Shown here one piece after another: positions 1-9,823 of a stretch of 64,000 nucleotides of DNA. Source of the stretch: an uncultured Thermococci archaeon (lineage in GTDB: Archaea; Methanobacteriota_B; Thermococci; Methanofastidiosales; Methanofastidiosaceae); contig CAZUMN010000002.1 of NCBI GenBank assembly GCA_964621955.1, forward strand, positions 4,530-68,529. Reading direction: 5' to 3'. Made by a program: the position numbers and the translations under genes. Position 1 is the stretch's first letter, and the number at the start of each line of letters is the position of its first letter. The notes beneath the pieces are model-generated. The model was not told where the DNA came from. It did not search any database and was given only the letters and a program-made list of their open reading frames with translations.

Positions 1-68
1 CTGTCCAGGGTTTTTCAAACTCCATTAACTCACAACCAATTATGTTAATTATCTAAAATATTTAAGTC

Positions 69-758
69 TTATTGGATATTTCTGATAAGATCTACTATAT
101 TTGAGTTGGATTTATACTCTTTTAAAAGTGTCTTAATGAAATCTTCTTGAAAATCAAAAATCTCCTTTATTCTCTCCCTAACAAGGCAGTCTGATAGGAA
201 GCACATTGATAAAAAAGAGGTGACATTTTTTGGAGTATTTGAGAAATGGGCCTTTTCAAAATCAATTATGACGTTTTTTGTTCCGCAAATAATATGCTTT
301 CCGCCTTGAATTTGCCTGTGGTTTATTCCGGCTCTATCGAGAGCATTGCACTGTCTTGTGATATCAAAGATGTCCTCTCTATTGAACTTCCCCTCAATTA
401 ATAGATCCCCTTCTATATATTCCATTATGATGTAGTTATCATCATACCCGTATATCTTTGGTCCAACACCACATTCATTGGCCTTAACCAAATAATAAGC
501 TTCCTTCTTAAGAGATCCTTTCCTTTCAGAGTCAGACCTTTCAATTTTGATTGATACGTTTTTGTTTTCGTAACTTCCCAAAAAAATAATTGAGGTATTG
601 CCTTTGCCTATTGCCCGATCGGACCCAAGTTCAACTCTACCAAAAGAATAGATATTATCGACACCTTTTTCAAAAAGAGACTCTTTCAGCGCGGACGCCC
701 TCTCATGAGAAAACGTGGGGTAATCAATTGTCCTTATGTCGCTTAAGGTAGTTTCCAT
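69..758 (-). CDS. Small protein-kinase-like protein (archaeal predicted Ser/Thr kinase, RIO/Bud32-like fold)
   Basis: 229-aa ORF. It has a Gly-rich loop IGKGNTSIIF, a VSIKI lysine, an IMEYIEG hinge, and an HRQIQGGKHII...IIDFEKA...PKNVTS catalytic-like segment. It directly abuts the dCMP deaminase gene. Confidence 0.5.
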   Translation of the reverse strand: METTLSDIRTIDYPTFSHERASALKESLFEKGVDNIYSFGRVELGSDRAIGKGNTSIIFLGSYENKNVSIKIERSDSERKGSLKKEAYYLVKANECGVGPKIYGYDDNYIIMEYIEGDLLIEGKFNREDIFDITRQCNALDRAGINHRQIQGGKHIICGTKNVIIDFEKAHFSNTPKNVTSFLSMCFLSDCLVRERIKEIFDFQEDFIKTLLKEYKSNSNIVDLIRNIQ

Positions 759-1211
759 CTAATCAGTTAAGAGCAATTTTTTTACCCTGACACCGGCATC
801 CCTTATCATGCTCATTTTTATTTCATTGTCAAGGTCATAATCTCTTCCATAAACTATTTCTTTTACGCCTGCGTTTATTAGAATTTTTGTGCATGACATG
901 CAGGGAAAATGAGTCGAGTAAACAGTTGAATTTTCAGTTGAAACACCATGTATCGCAGCTTGAATTATTGTATTCTGTTCTGCATGAACGCCCCTGCATA
1001 AATGGGATTTCTCAAGAGAGCCAAGGGTCTGCCTAAGGCATGTTTCTTCTGAGCAGTGAGGGAGTCCTCTAGGAGCACCGTTGTAACCTGTAGATATGAT
1101 GTAGCCTTCCTTAACTAATACTGCCCCGACATGCTGTTTTATGCATGTAGACCGTTTCTTTACTAACTCTGCAATACTCATAAAATATGTGTCAATATCC
1201 ATCCTTGCCAT
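759..1211 (-). CDS. Deoxycytidylate (dCMP) deaminase
   Basis: Zinc-deaminase motifs HAEQN and PCMSCTKILINAGVKEIVY. The ORF-track start at 1247 is a TTG that overlaps the thyX stop. The ATG at 1211 (MARMDIDTY...) is more plausible. Confidence 0.85.
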   Translation of the reverse strand: MARMDIDTYFMSIAELVKKRSTCIKQHVGAVLVKEGYIISTGYNGAPRGLPHCSEETCLRQTLGSLEKSHLCRGVHAEQNTIIQAAIHGVSTENSTVYSTHFPCMSCTKILINAGVKEIVYGRDYDLDNEIKMSMIRDAGVRVKKLLLTD

Positions 1212-1224
1212 AAAAATCACACTA

Positions 1225-1944
1225 TTACTTAAAAAATTCTTTAACAATTATCCTTCTTTCATCAATATTTTTCCCTTCAAACAGTTTGTAACAATTACAA
1301 GAAGCTTTACCCTCTGTGCATATGCCCTCACTGATACATTTTGGTCCTGATGATTCAAATAATGCCGGCGAGACTTCAAGAACCTGATACAGCATTTCCC
1401 ACGCCATATCCCTAATTTCCCACTGTGCTCTGTTGCAACACCTGAGATTAAAGAAATGCAGTAACTCTCTTGCATTCATTGTCATTACAAGATTAGTTTT
1501 AATGGCGTTTGGGAGCACAAATCTTGCATCTTCAGGAGCTATTCCCAATTCAAGCAGTTTCTTATAACTCTCGCTATTATTATTAAGACTCTTATTGAAT
1601 ATATCTTCTGCAGCTTTATTCTTCTTAATCGAAGGGGGGGTAACAAATGGAACATCTTCCATCTTTACGTATCTCTGGCTCTGCTGAGTGAAAGAAGCTA
1701 TCCTGTGCCTTACTAATTGGTGGGAGCATGCCCTAGAAATGCCTTCTATAGAAAAAGTAAAACTTGCATGCTCTATAACTGAATAATGGCCATATCCAAC
1801 AACCCTCTGAATTCTCTTTTTTGCATTATCTGCGTCTATTTCACTCAACATATCAGAAGGAGTTCCTTCCTTCATTGATGTAAGGGCTGCAACAGCGCAC
1901 ACTTTTTCAGGGTTTTGGGTATGCTCTAAAAGAACAACTTTCAT
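1225..1944 (-). CDS. thyX: Flavin-dependent thymidylate synthase ThyX
   Basis: ThyX signature RHRIASFTQQSQRY. The track start at 1962 is TTG. The ATG at 1944 (MKVVLLEHT) is the likely start. The C-terminus has a Cys-rich tail, C-x5-C-x7-C-x-C. Confidence 0.9.
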   Translation of the reverse strand: MKVVLLEHTQNPEKVCAVAALTSMKEGTPSDMLSEIDADNAKKRIQRVVGYGHYSVIEHASFTFSIEGISRACSHQLVRHRIASFTQQSQRYVKMEDVPFVTPPSIKKNKAAEDIFNKSLNNNSESYKKLLELGIAPEDARFVLPNAIKTNLVMTMNARELLHFFNLRCCNRAQWEIRDMAWEMLYQVLEVSPALFESSGPKCISEGICTEGKASCNCYKLFEGKNIDERRIIVKEFFK

Positions 1945-2032
1945 TATACTGAATTGAGCCAAATATTATATAAGATTAAGCATTTATAATTGAATATCAA
2001 ATATTGACTATAACTTATAGTGCAATGGCAAA

Positions 2033-2047
2033 TATTGATTATCAATA
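2033..2047. promoter_or_regulatory. 15-bp perfect palindrome TATTGATTATCAATA; part of a repeated ATATTGATTATCA motif in the thyX / 87-aa-gene divergent intergenic region
   Basis: An identical 13-mer ATATTGATTATCA lies at 2032-2044 and 2178-2190. A 10/11 copy (ATATTGACTAT) lies at 2001-2011. The first two copies also share the preceding CAA. Confidence 0.35.
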
Positions 2048-2215
2048 GTTTCATACTATTTAAATAATACCATCAATAATTTGAAAGGTATTATGCCATT
2101 TTTGTTTATATTTTGTAATGATTTTGGAACATTGTTATATATTATCGATATCGAAAAGCTTATAAACTGGTAACTGTATATTGATTATCAGCTACTAAAG
2201 GATAGGTGAGGTATT

Positions 2216-2479
2216 ATGAAAATAGTCGAAAGAGGAATTGAAAGGCGCGAAGATAAGCCCTATACAGTTAGGATACTTGTCCAAAACCTTAACCTTGGTA
2301 CTATTAGCCCAGGAACAATTCCAGGGTCCGTAAATGTAAAAACTTACGACACAGATCTTGGAACTTACCTAGAGCTTTCTGGTGACACAAGGGACGTCAT
2401 AGAGTGCGAGGCAAGAATAGTAGAGATGGACAATACTATTAAGGTTAAAGACGTAAGAAAAGTATTTTCCGAAATTTAA
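2216..2479 (+). CDS. Hypothetical small protein (87 aa)
   Basis: ATG is preceded by the SD-like sequence GGATAGGTGAGG. No motif recognised. Confidence 0.45.
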   Translation: MKIVERGIERREDKPYTVRILVQNLNLGTISPGTIPGSVNVKTYDTDLGTYLELSGDTRDVIECEARIVEMDNTIKVKDVRKVFSEI

Positions 2480-2514
2480 TTTTTTATTTTAATAAAAAAA
2501 TCTTGAGGAGAACA

Positions 2515-4152
2515 ATGCTAGGAAGATACTCGAGGATTGCCATCTTATCAATATTCATATTGGTACTCATGGCACCATCAACTTGGGGCGCTACTAACAA
2601 AAATTTTCTCCTTGTAATTTCTAGTGTAAATGGAACTCCAATTGAAGATGCAGAAATCAGAATGTCATTACAATCTGATACAAACTATCAAAGGTCAGGA
2701 AACTCTAATTCGAGAGGAGAACTCCTTTTTGAGAATATAGCCGAAGGAACTTACTCAGTTACTATTGTAAAAAGTGGATTTGTCACTGTAATCGAAAATG
2801 TGGATATAACTCCAATTGACTCCAAAACATTTTATTTGAGGCATTCTGGATTCAAAATAATTTCCGGACAAGTTTACAAAGATTCAAATGACAACAAGAT
2901 CTTTGAGACAGGGGAACTTGGAATAGCTAATGCGACTGTGAAAGCCACAAACGTAACTACAAACGAAACATTTTCTGTTAATACAGATGAAAATGGACAA
3001 TTTAGGATTGAAATTCCTGATGCACAAAACTATAAAGTTGTAGTTTCTTATTCCACGTCGGAGTATGAAGTACCGAATACTGTAACTCCGATAGATACTG
3101 TTGATTATTCAACAACTGTTCCTCTAACCATAAAAGGAGAAGTTTACGGCAAGGTAACAACAGACGAGGGCAACCCCTTGTTCGGTATACAAGTTTTTCT
3201 CAAAGGAACAAGTGTAACTTATACTTCTACTGACCTTGGAGGATTCTTTAGATTCTCAGTTAAACCAGGAACTTATTTCGTAGAAGTTGAGTTCATGGAT
3301 TATGAGAAATATGCAACTGAACCTTTTAATCTTTTACAAGAAGAACAAAAAGAAGTTACAGTTGTTTTGTTAAAACAAAAAGGCACTCTTACTTATGAAA
3401 TTAAAACAGAAGACAGTATGGCTTTATCTGAAGTTGACGCTGAGATAATAAGGACAGGAAGTGGTGTATCAGTTGAAAAGCTTACTAAGGCCAACGGAAC
3501 AATGCAGCTCCCTCCTGGAGTTTATACCCTAAAAGCCGATGCAAAAGGATACGAACCCGCTGAAGTAAATTTTGAGATAACTAAAGCAGGAATTACAAAG
3601 TCACTGACATTAAAACAAGCAAACGGTGCAATAAAAGTTACACTAAAGGACTTACAAGGCAATCCAATAAGTGGAGTTTCTGTTCTTATTGATGGACAAC
3701 AAAAAGGTAGTTCTGATAACTCAGGTACAATAGTAATATCGGACCTTCCTCCAAAAGAATACCAAGTTACAGCCTCTTCGACTCTTTACGGAAAAGTAAC
3801 ACAGATTGTAAAAGTCGAAGGAGAGACTGAAAAAGAAATTAATTTAATCTTAGCATCAAATATCTTAATTCAAGCATTGCCCATTATAGTAATTGCCGCA
3901 TTTTTCATTATCATAGCTTTGTTAAAGATGAATGTGAAACATATTGGTCTTCCGAAAAAGACTTTAGAAAGGCCGCCACAAGAAAAGCCACTTATGCAGG
4001 AAGTACCACCTCAAGCGTATTACCAAGAAGTTGAACAAAGGCAAGATTTAGTAGAACCAATACCAGCGCCAATCAAAAAATCAAAGCTTAAGACAAAAAG
4101 ACCACTCAAAGGACTCCCAAAAAAACCTTCAAAAAATAAAGGAAATCCATAA
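2515..4152 (+). CDS. Cell-surface protein with repeated carboxypeptidase-regulatory-like/PEGA-type Ig-fold domains, a C-terminal TM helix and a Lys/Pro-rich tail
   Basis: AGGAG lies 4 nt upstream of the ATG at 2515 (track start 2503 is TTG). The N-terminal signal sequence is RIAILSIFILVLMAPSTWG. Repeated modules include GTYSVTIVKSGF, GTYFVEVEFMDYE, GVYTLKADAKGYEP and KEYQVTASSTLYG. The TM segment is ALPIIVIAAFFIIIALL. Confidence 0.7.
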   Translation: MLGRYSRIAILSIFILVLMAPSTWGATNKNFLLVISSVNGTPIEDAEIRMSLQSDTNYQRSGNSNSRGELLFENIAEGTYSVTIVKSGFVTVIENVDITPIDSKTFYLRHSGFKIISGQVYKDSNDNKIFETGELGIANATVKATNVTTNETFSVNTDENGQFRIEIPDAQNYKVVVSYSTSEYEVPNTVTPIDTVDYSTTVPLTIKGEVYGKVTTDEGNPLFGIQVFLKGTSVTYTSTDLGGFFRFSVKPGTYFVEVEFMDYEKYATEPFNLLQEEQKEVTVVLLKQKGTLTYEIKTEDSMALSEVDAEIIRTGSGVSVEKLTKANGTMQLPPGVYTLKADAKGYEPAEVNFEITKAGITKSLTLKQANGAIKVTLKDLQGNPISGVSVLIDGQQKGSSDNSGTIVISDLPPKEYQVTASSTLYGKVTQIVKVEGETEKEINLILASNILIQALPIIVIAAFFIIIALLKMNVKHIGLPKKTLERPPQEKPLMQEVPPQAYYQEVEQRQDLVEPIPAPIKKSKLKTKRPLKGLPKKPSKNKGNP

Positions 4153-4185
4153 GCTTTTTTAGGTTATACTTCTAATATTAATTAT

Positions 4186-5580
4186 ATGAAGAAAAAAATA
4201 GTTATCGTTGGAGCAGGGCCTGCGGGTCTCTTTTCTGCTTACAAGCTTTCTGATACTAATAAATTTGATATTATCATCCTAGATAAGGGTAGAGATGTCG
4301 ATAGCAGAAAATGCCCACTTGAGCGTACCGGCGAGTGCGATAACTGTAATCCATGTAATGTGTTATATGGAGCTGGTGGTTCAGGTTGCCTTTCAGATGG
4401 AATACTAAATCTAAGGCCAGATATAGGTGGAGATCTAGAAGCCCTTACTGGAAAAGCTGACAAGGCCATAAGTTTAGTGAACGAAGTTGATTCAATCTTC
4501 TTGGAGCACGGGGCGCCAGAAAAACTTTTTATCGGCGAAACAGAAATGATTGAGGATTTACAAAGAAAAGCCGAAGCCTCAGGAATTAAGTTTATCCAGA
4601 TTCCTCAAAGACACATAGGGAGCGACTACACCCCCGTAGTAATAAACTCGATTAAAAAATATCTCGAGAAAAAAGGGGTAAAATTTATCGTACTTGCTGA
4701 TGTCAACAAAATAGAAAAGGTAAAACAAGGATACACTACTACCTATATGCAAAAAAATACTTCACATAAAATTGACTCTGATTATGTCATTGCAGCCCCG
4801 GGAAGAGCCAGTTCTAGTTTTTTGATGTCACAAATCCAGGAGCTTGGTATCAAAGTAGACCATCAACCAATTGATATTGGAGTCAGGGTCGAAGTATCCA
4901 AAGTTGTAATGAAACCTGTAATTGAAGTAAATAGAGATCCAAAGTTCCACATCTATTCTAAGACTTATGATGATTTTGTAAGAACTTTTTGTACAAATCA
5001 CGAGGGATATGTGATGAAGGAGCAGTACGATGGATATGTCGGGGTAAATGGGCATTCAATGAGAGATATTAAATCTCAGAACAGTAACTTCGCTTTTCTT
5101 TCAAGGGTAACACTGACATCGCCTGTTGAAGATACAACATCATATGGGATATCCATTGCAAAGATTGCTACAGTTCTTGGAGGTGGAGAACCCCTCATTC
5201 AGAGATTTGGAGATTTAAGGAGAGGCAGAAGATCAACACCTGAAAGAATTAGAAGAAGCAACATAAAACCTACACTTCTTTCAGCAACACCTGGAGACAT
5301 AGCTATGGCATTACCTTATAGAATAGTTACAAATTTAATTGAATCACTTGAAAGGCTGGATAATGTACTCCCTGGAGTAGGGAGCGATTCAACACTTCTA
5401 TACGCTCCAGAAATTAAATTCTACGGGATAAGGGTAAAAGTGGATTCTTCAATGGAAACTAATATACCAAATCTTTTTGTCGCTGGCGATGGAGTCGGCC
5501 TTTCAAGGGATATAGTAAATTCGGCAGCTACTGGGTTCCTTGCAGCAGAAGGGATATTAAAGAAGGAGAGTAAATCTTGA
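4186..5580 (+). CDS. FAD-dependent dehydrogenase (uncharacterised COG2509-type)
   Basis: The N-terminal Rossmann motif is KIVIVGAGPAGLFSAYKL. The C-terminal motif is FVAGDGVGLSRDIVNSAATG. Length 464 aa. Confidence 0.7.
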   Translation: MKKKIVIVGAGPAGLFSAYKLSDTNKFDIIILDKGRDVDSRKCPLERTGECDNCNPCNVLYGAGGSGCLSDGILNLRPDIGGDLEALTGKADKAISLVNEVDSIFLEHGAPEKLFIGETEMIEDLQRKAEASGIKFIQIPQRHIGSDYTPVVINSIKKYLEKKGVKFIVLADVNKIEKVKQGYTTTYMQKNTSHKIDSDYVIAAPGRASSSFLMSQIQELGIKVDHQPIDIGVRVEVSKVVMKPVIEVNRDPKFHIYSKTYDDFVRTFCTNHEGYVMKEQYDGYVGVNGHSMRDIKSQNSNFAFLSRVTLTSPVEDTTSYGISIAKIATVLGGGEPLIQRFGDLRRGRRSTPERIRRSNIKPTLLSATPGDIAMALPYRIVTNLIESLERLDNVLPGVGSDSTLLYAPEIKFYGIRVKVDSSMETNIPNLFVAGDGVGLSRDIVNSAATGFLAAEGILKKESKS

Positions 5581-6383
5581 AAGACATCCAGTATATATTC
5601 ATGGATATCGATGGCGTCCTTTATAGAGGCAATCACACGATTAATGGGGCTAGGGAATTCATTGATTATTTAATTCAAGAAGAAATAAAATTTATTTGTG
5701 TCACTAACAATTCTGCCAAAACACCTGCTGACTATTCAAAAAGATTGAAGAGAATGGGGATAAACATTGGAGAGAACGAAATAATAAACTCCGGTGTCGC
5801 TACGGTAGAATTCCTAAAAGATACTTTTCTCAAAGAAAAAGATAATCTAAGTGCATATGTAGTTGGGGGTGAAGGTTTAGTATCCCTTATTGAAAAATCT
5901 GGAATAAGACTAGAAGATAAAAATCCTGATATTGTAGTAGTTGGGTGGGATATCACCTTCACCTACGAAAAGATGAAGAAAGCATCACTTGCAATCCAGA
6001 ATGGTGCAATATATATAGGTACAAATCCAGATTTAACTTACCCATCCCATGAAGGGATACTACCTGGCTGTGGTGCGATTTTAGCATCAATAACGGCCGC
6101 CAGTGGTGTTGAGCCTATAATAATCGGAAAGCCAAAAACTTTAATCATGGAAATGGCAGCTAAAAGGATTTCAGCAAAAAAAGAAAAAAGTTTGATGATT
6201 GGGGATAGGATTGACACAGATATTCTGGCTGGAAGAAACTTTGGAATTCAAACTGCAATTGTATTAAGTGGGGTCGCCGATAAATCAGAAATATCAAAAT
6301 CGCATATAAAGCCAGATTATGTCTTTGAAGATATGATGGATTTATACCTTAATTTAAAAAAATCTAGAAAGGTGCAAAAATGA
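5577..6383 (+). CDS. HAD-superfamily hydrolase, subfamily IIA (NagD-like sugar phosphatase)
   Basis: Motif I FMDIDGVLYRG, then VTNNS, then GDRIDTDILAG. The TTG start overlaps the upstream stop (cTTGA). Confidence 0.8.
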   Translation: MKDIQYIFMDIDGVLYRGNHTINGAREFIDYLIQEEIKFICVTNNSAKTPADYSKRLKRMGINIGENEIINSGVATVEFLKDTFLKEKDNLSAYVVGGEGLVSLIEKSGIRLEDKNPDIVVVGWDITFTYEKMKKASLAIQNGAIYIGTNPDLTYPSHEGILPGCGAILASITAASGVEPIIIGKPKTLIMEMAAKRISAKKEKSLMIGDRIDTDILAGRNFGIQTAIVLSGVADKSEISKSHIKPDYVFEDMMDLYLNLKKSRKVQK

Positions 6384-6871
6384 AAGGCAATAAATTTTTA
6401 GTTTTGTGTTTGGGACTGATTCTTTTATTACCGCTATGTCTTAACACTTCCCTTGACAACTGGAATACAAGCATAAAAGTTGCAAATCTGCGCTTGGCAA
6501 ATGGGATTGAATATTATAATATATCTTCAAACGCTTATTCAATTCAGGATATGGACAATGCCACAGTTTATGCAGATAAAGCTATACTGGAGTTTTCAAC
6601 AGCTATAACAGCACTTGAAAATGCGATGGGTGAAGCTCAGAACTCAAAGAAGGACTGGTTAATTCTATATACAAATTTCTACCTAAAAAAAGTTCAAGCT
6701 CTAAAAAATGCAGCAGTTGAGATTAAAATCTTGAAAGAGTACTATCTAAATGGGCAAGAAGATGGAATTATCCAGTCAATGAATAATATACAACAGTATG
6801 AAGATGAGTTCAAGATGTATGACCTCAAGATGGAGGACATAAAAAGAGATCACGTATCAGAGTTCCAGTAA
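6380..6871 (+). CDS. Hypothetical secreted/lipoprotein-like protein
   Basis: ATGA start/stop overlap with the upstream gene. The signal-like N-terminus is KFLVLCLGLILLLPLC. Confidence 0.5.
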   Translation: MKGNKFLVLCLGLILLLPLCLNTSLDNWNTSIKVANLRLANGIEYYNISSNAYSIQDMDNATVYADKAILEFSTAITALENAMGEAQNSKKDWLILYTNFYLKKVQALKNAAVEIKILKEYYLNGQEDGIIQSMNNIQQYEDEFKMYDLKMEDIKRDHVSEFQ

Positions 6872-7420
6872 CTATTCTCTTTTCTTTTCAACTATTTTTT
6901 CAGGATAGGTAAAGCAAGAGCCTCCAAGATGATTAATGAACTTTACCTTTTCAACATCAATACAATCATTGTAGTAATCCTTTTCAATTTCACAATGGAC
7001 TATCTCGCCAATAAAGAGATAGTGGTCACCGCACAGGAAGGAGTCAATGACCTTACACTCAAGAAAAGCAAAGCATTCTTTAATTGAAGGGGAAGCTATC
7101 TTTTTTCCTTTAACTTCTTTAAGTTTATACGCCTTAAATTTATCAACATTCCGTCCACTCTCAGAACCACACAATAAAACCTTGTCTAAAAGTTCAATTG
7201 AAGGGATATTAACTGTAAATTCTTTAGAATTTCCAATCAAAACGTGGGATAGTTTCTTCGTTGAGAGGGATATTGAGACAAGTGGCGGTGAATGTGAGAC
7301 AGGGCTTGTCCATGCTGCAGTAACGATATTGGACTTACCTTGGTATTTTGATGTGATCAAAACAAGAGGCCCAGGATTCAATAGCCTTAGACCTTTTAGG
7401 TTTTCTATTTTGGTCTTCAT
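6872..7420 (-). CDS. Flavin reductase-like FMN-binding protein (flavoredoxin family)
   Basis: LLNPGPLVLITSKYQGKSNIVTAAWTSPVSHSPPLVSISL is typical of the Flavin_Reduct domain. Confidence 0.75.
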   Translation of the reverse strand: MKTKIENLKGLRLLNPGPLVLITSKYQGKSNIVTAAWTSPVSHSPPLVSISLSTKKLSHVLIGNSKEFTVNIPSIELLDKVLLCGSESGRNVDKFKAYKLKEVKGKKIASPSIKECFAFLECKVIDSFLCGDHYLFIGEIVHCEIEKDYYNDCIDVEKVKFINHLGGSCFTYPEKIVEKKRE

Positions 7421-7902
7421 TCTACCTTGTATCCTATTTTTTCTAAAAGATCTCTTCGTTCTTTCTTCTCATATTTATCTTCAATCTTTTCAGCGGAAGT
7501 TCCATCAACGACTCCTATAACAGAAGTTCCCAGATTTGTTTTTGCTATAATTACTTGGAAAGGATTTTCGCTTGCACCATACACAGCGCAAACAGAAGGA
7601 TGTCCTTTTATGTTGTTCAAGACATTAATGGGGAAAGCACCCCGCATCATTATTACAAATACATGCCCAGCCCCTATCTTCAAGGCGGCATTGGCGGCAA
7701 GTTCTTTTAGGTGTTCATCGTTTCCTGCAACCCTTGTAAGCTTTGGTTTGGCTTCATTCATCGCAACACCAATTTTGATCCCTGAAACACAGGTTAGAAG
7801 AGTCCTTGCAAGATCATCTACAGTATATATAGAAAAGTTCCCCTGCCCAACTATAAACTCAACACCATCATCTTTCCTTATGTCAATAACATTCATTTCC
7901 AT
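7417..7902 (-). CDS. Adenosine-specific kinase family protein (PF04008/former DUF355)
   Basis: VGQGNFSIYTVDDL...GAGHVFVIMMRGAFPINVLNNIKGHPSVCAVYGASENP matches my recollection of this conserved archaeal family. Confidence 0.65.
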   Translation of the reverse strand: MEMNVIDIRKDDGVEFIVGQGNFSIYTVDDLARTLLTCVSGIKIGVAMNEAKPKLTRVAGNDEHLKELAANAALKIGAGHVFVIMMRGAFPINVLNNIKGHPSVCAVYGASENPFQVIIAKTNLGTSVIGVVDGTSAEKIEDKYEKKERRDLLEKIGYKVE

Positions 7903-7941
7903 AATATCACGCCTTATTTCAAGTTTTTAGATATTAAAGGT

Positions 7942-8595
7942 TTAGTCTATACATCTATTGAGAGCCTCGAAAGCAAGCACCATATCCTTCTCATCGACGA
8001 CAAATATAGTATCCATAAAACAGCTCATAGTTTCAATAACGTTTATCCCGACAGAGGAAAGATTTGATGATAGGTAGGACACAACTCCTGGTGTATCCCC
8101 AATGTCCTCGGGACTCTTAACAGATATTTCAACTAGATCTTTTGAAACTCTCAATACATTTTCTTTACCTATAAGATCTGTAACCTCCTCAAGATAATCT
8201 TCAAGTAAGATTAAGGTTATACCTTGGGAGCCTTGGATAATATTGATTAGATATCCTTCAGAAAGTGTCTTCTTTAGAACAGGCTCAAGTTTCAAGAAAA
8301 CATGCCATCCGGGCTTTAATGTTACAGTTGCGACTTTTGTCTTTATGTTGATCCTGCTTTTCTTTAGAATTAGCTTTATTTTTTTCTCAAGAAACTTTTT
8401 TTCTTTCTGCAGTTCTTCAGCATACCTTCTTGACGCTATAAGTACAGCAACCATGTTGTCTATTTTGTATTCGTCCATTATCATCCTTGAAAGAGCAGAA
8501 TAGTTGATTATTCCATACTTAAGACAGTCCATTATAGACGGGTGTGCACCTATGTATTCCCTAACTATCTCCGCTATACTTTTTTTGTCTGGCAC
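7942..8595 (-). CDS. ACT-domain-containing putative regulator of amino-acid metabolism (COG2150-like)
   Basis: GTG start. An N-terminal HTH-like segment is followed by C-terminal ACT-like repeats (GVVSYLSSNLSSVGINVIE). Confidence 0.5.
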   Translation of the reverse strand: MPDKKSIAEIVREYIGAHPSIMDCLKYGIINYSALSRMIMDEYKIDNMVAVLIASRRYAEELQKEKKFLEKKIKLILKKSRINIKTKVATVTLKPGWHVFLKLEPVLKKTLSEGYLINIIQGSQGITLILLEDYLEEVTDLIGKENVLRVSKDLVEISVKSPEDIGDTPGVVSYLSSNLSSVGINVIETMSCFMDTIFVVDEKDMVLAFEALNRCID

Positions 8596-8703
8596 AATTA
8601 TTATTTGTACGATACTATATTTAAATGTTCTGAATATACTAAGATTGACAACTTATGACAAAATACTTAAATCATGTGTATAATAACTATTTTAGATGTT
8701 TTT

Positions 8704-9051
8704 ATGTCCATAAAAAACCCAAAGACTCTCAGGGAAAAGACAAGATATGTCAGTTTTAAAATAGAGGGAGGGAAAGACTTTAAAAGAGAGGACCTAGTTA
8801 AAGCTATCTGGAATTCAGCCATTGATTTTTTAGGAGAGTTTGGCGCTTCTGAAATAGGTCTTTGGGTTAAGGAATATGACGATAGTAATAAGTGTGGCAT
8901 AATAGAAAGCAATATAAAATCATTACACAAAGCTATATTTATACTATCACTTACTAAATCTGTAGGTAAAGAAAAAGTTAATATACTGCCTCTTTGTGTA
9001 TCAGGGACTATAAAGGGGTTAGAAAAAAATATCAAGTCTAATGTTAATTAG
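8704..9051 (+). CDS. rnp2: RNase P protein component 2 (Pop5/Rpp14 homologue)
   Basis: PKTLREKTRYVSFKI...LGEFGASE...LCVSGTIKG resembles archaeal Pop5. The gene holds the canonical position upstream of psmA. The ATG at 8704 is preferred over 8674. Confidence 0.8.
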   Translation: MSIKNPKTLREKTRYVSFKIEGGKDFKREDLVKAIWNSAIDFLGEFGASEIGLWVKEYDDSNKCGIIESNIKSLHKAIFILSLTKSVGKEKVNILPLCVSGTIKGLEKNIKSNVN

Positions 9052-9068
9052 TTTATGGAGGTAAATAA

Positions 9069-9818
9069 ATGGCATTTGTTCCACCCGCATCTGGATATGA
9101 CCGGGCAATCACCGTTTTTAGTCCAGATGGAAGTTTGTATCAGGTTCAATACGCTGGCGAGGCTGTAAGAAGGGGAGCCACCGCTATAGGTATTAAATGT
9201 AATGAAGGAGTCGTCCTTTGTGTCGACAAGAGAATTCCTTCAAGGCTTGTTGAACCGGAATCATTTGAGAAGATATTTCAAATAGACGATCATCTTGCTG
9301 CAGCGACATCAGGAATAATAGCAGACGCAAGGATACTAGTCGATAGAGCTAGAATTGAAGCACAGATTCATACATTAAGCTATGATGAAAAGATGTCTGT
9401 CATGATGTTGGCAAAGAAGATCGGAGACTTAAAGCAGATGCACACACAGTATGGCGGATTAAGGCCATTTGGTGCTTCTTTGATTCTTGCAGGTATCAAT
9501 TCAGAAGGACCTCAGATATTTGTTACTGAGCCTTCAGGAGCGTATCTTGAATGGAAAGCAACAGCCATAGGCGCTGGAAGATCCGTTGCAATGGAGATAT
9601 TCGAAAAAGAATATTCCCCCGAAATATCAATTGAAGATGCAATTATACTTGCTTTGAGAGCCCTTAAAAAATCAATTGAGGGAGATTTAAGCAAGAGCAA
9701 TGTTGAAATGGCTGTAATAAGCATGGAAGATAAGAGATTTCAGAAAATGGATGAAGAGAAATTAAATCTCTATATAGAGAAAGTTAAAGCGATTAAGGAA
9801 GAGGAGGATAAGGAGTAG
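9069..9818 (+). CDS. psmA: Proteasome subunit alpha
   Basis: [21 protein letters not shown]-terminal signature; 249 aa. Confidence 0.95.
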   Translation: MAFVPPASGYDRAITVFSPDGSLYQVQYAGEAVRRGATAIGIKCNEGVVLCVDKRIPSRLVEPESFEKIFQIDDHLAAATSGIIADARILVDRARIEAQIHTLSYDEKMSVMMLAKKIGDLKQMHTQYGGLRPFGASLILAGINSEGPQIFVTEPSGAYLEWKATAIGAGRSVAMEIFEKEYSPEISIEDAIILALRALKKSIEGDLSKSNVEMAVISMEDKRFQKMDEEKLNLYIEKVKAIKEEEDKE

Positions 9819-9823
9819 ATTGT

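Noticed and set aside
1225-1350. Cys-rich C-terminal tail of ThyX as a novel fused zinc module
   Set aside because: I recall similar Cys-containing C-termini in other ThyX proteins, and I cannot show from the sequence alone that this one is unusual.
1634-1640. G7 run in thyX (and G7 at 57291-57297) as phase-variation tracts
   Set aside because: Both simply encode Pro-Pro (CCC CCC) within essential or regulatory housekeeping genes. I kept them only as a caveat for interpreting the C9 tract in the island.
7047-7930. Two long plus-strand ORFs (7047-7520 and 7427-7930)
   Set aside because: They lie antisense to the flavin-reductase-like and adenosine-kinase-family genes, both of which have recognisable family signatures. 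The plus-strand products are S/F/L-rich shadows.
8667-9035. 122-aa minus-strand ORF
   Set aside because: It is antisense to the Pop5 homologue, which is supported by sequence and by its conserved operon position.
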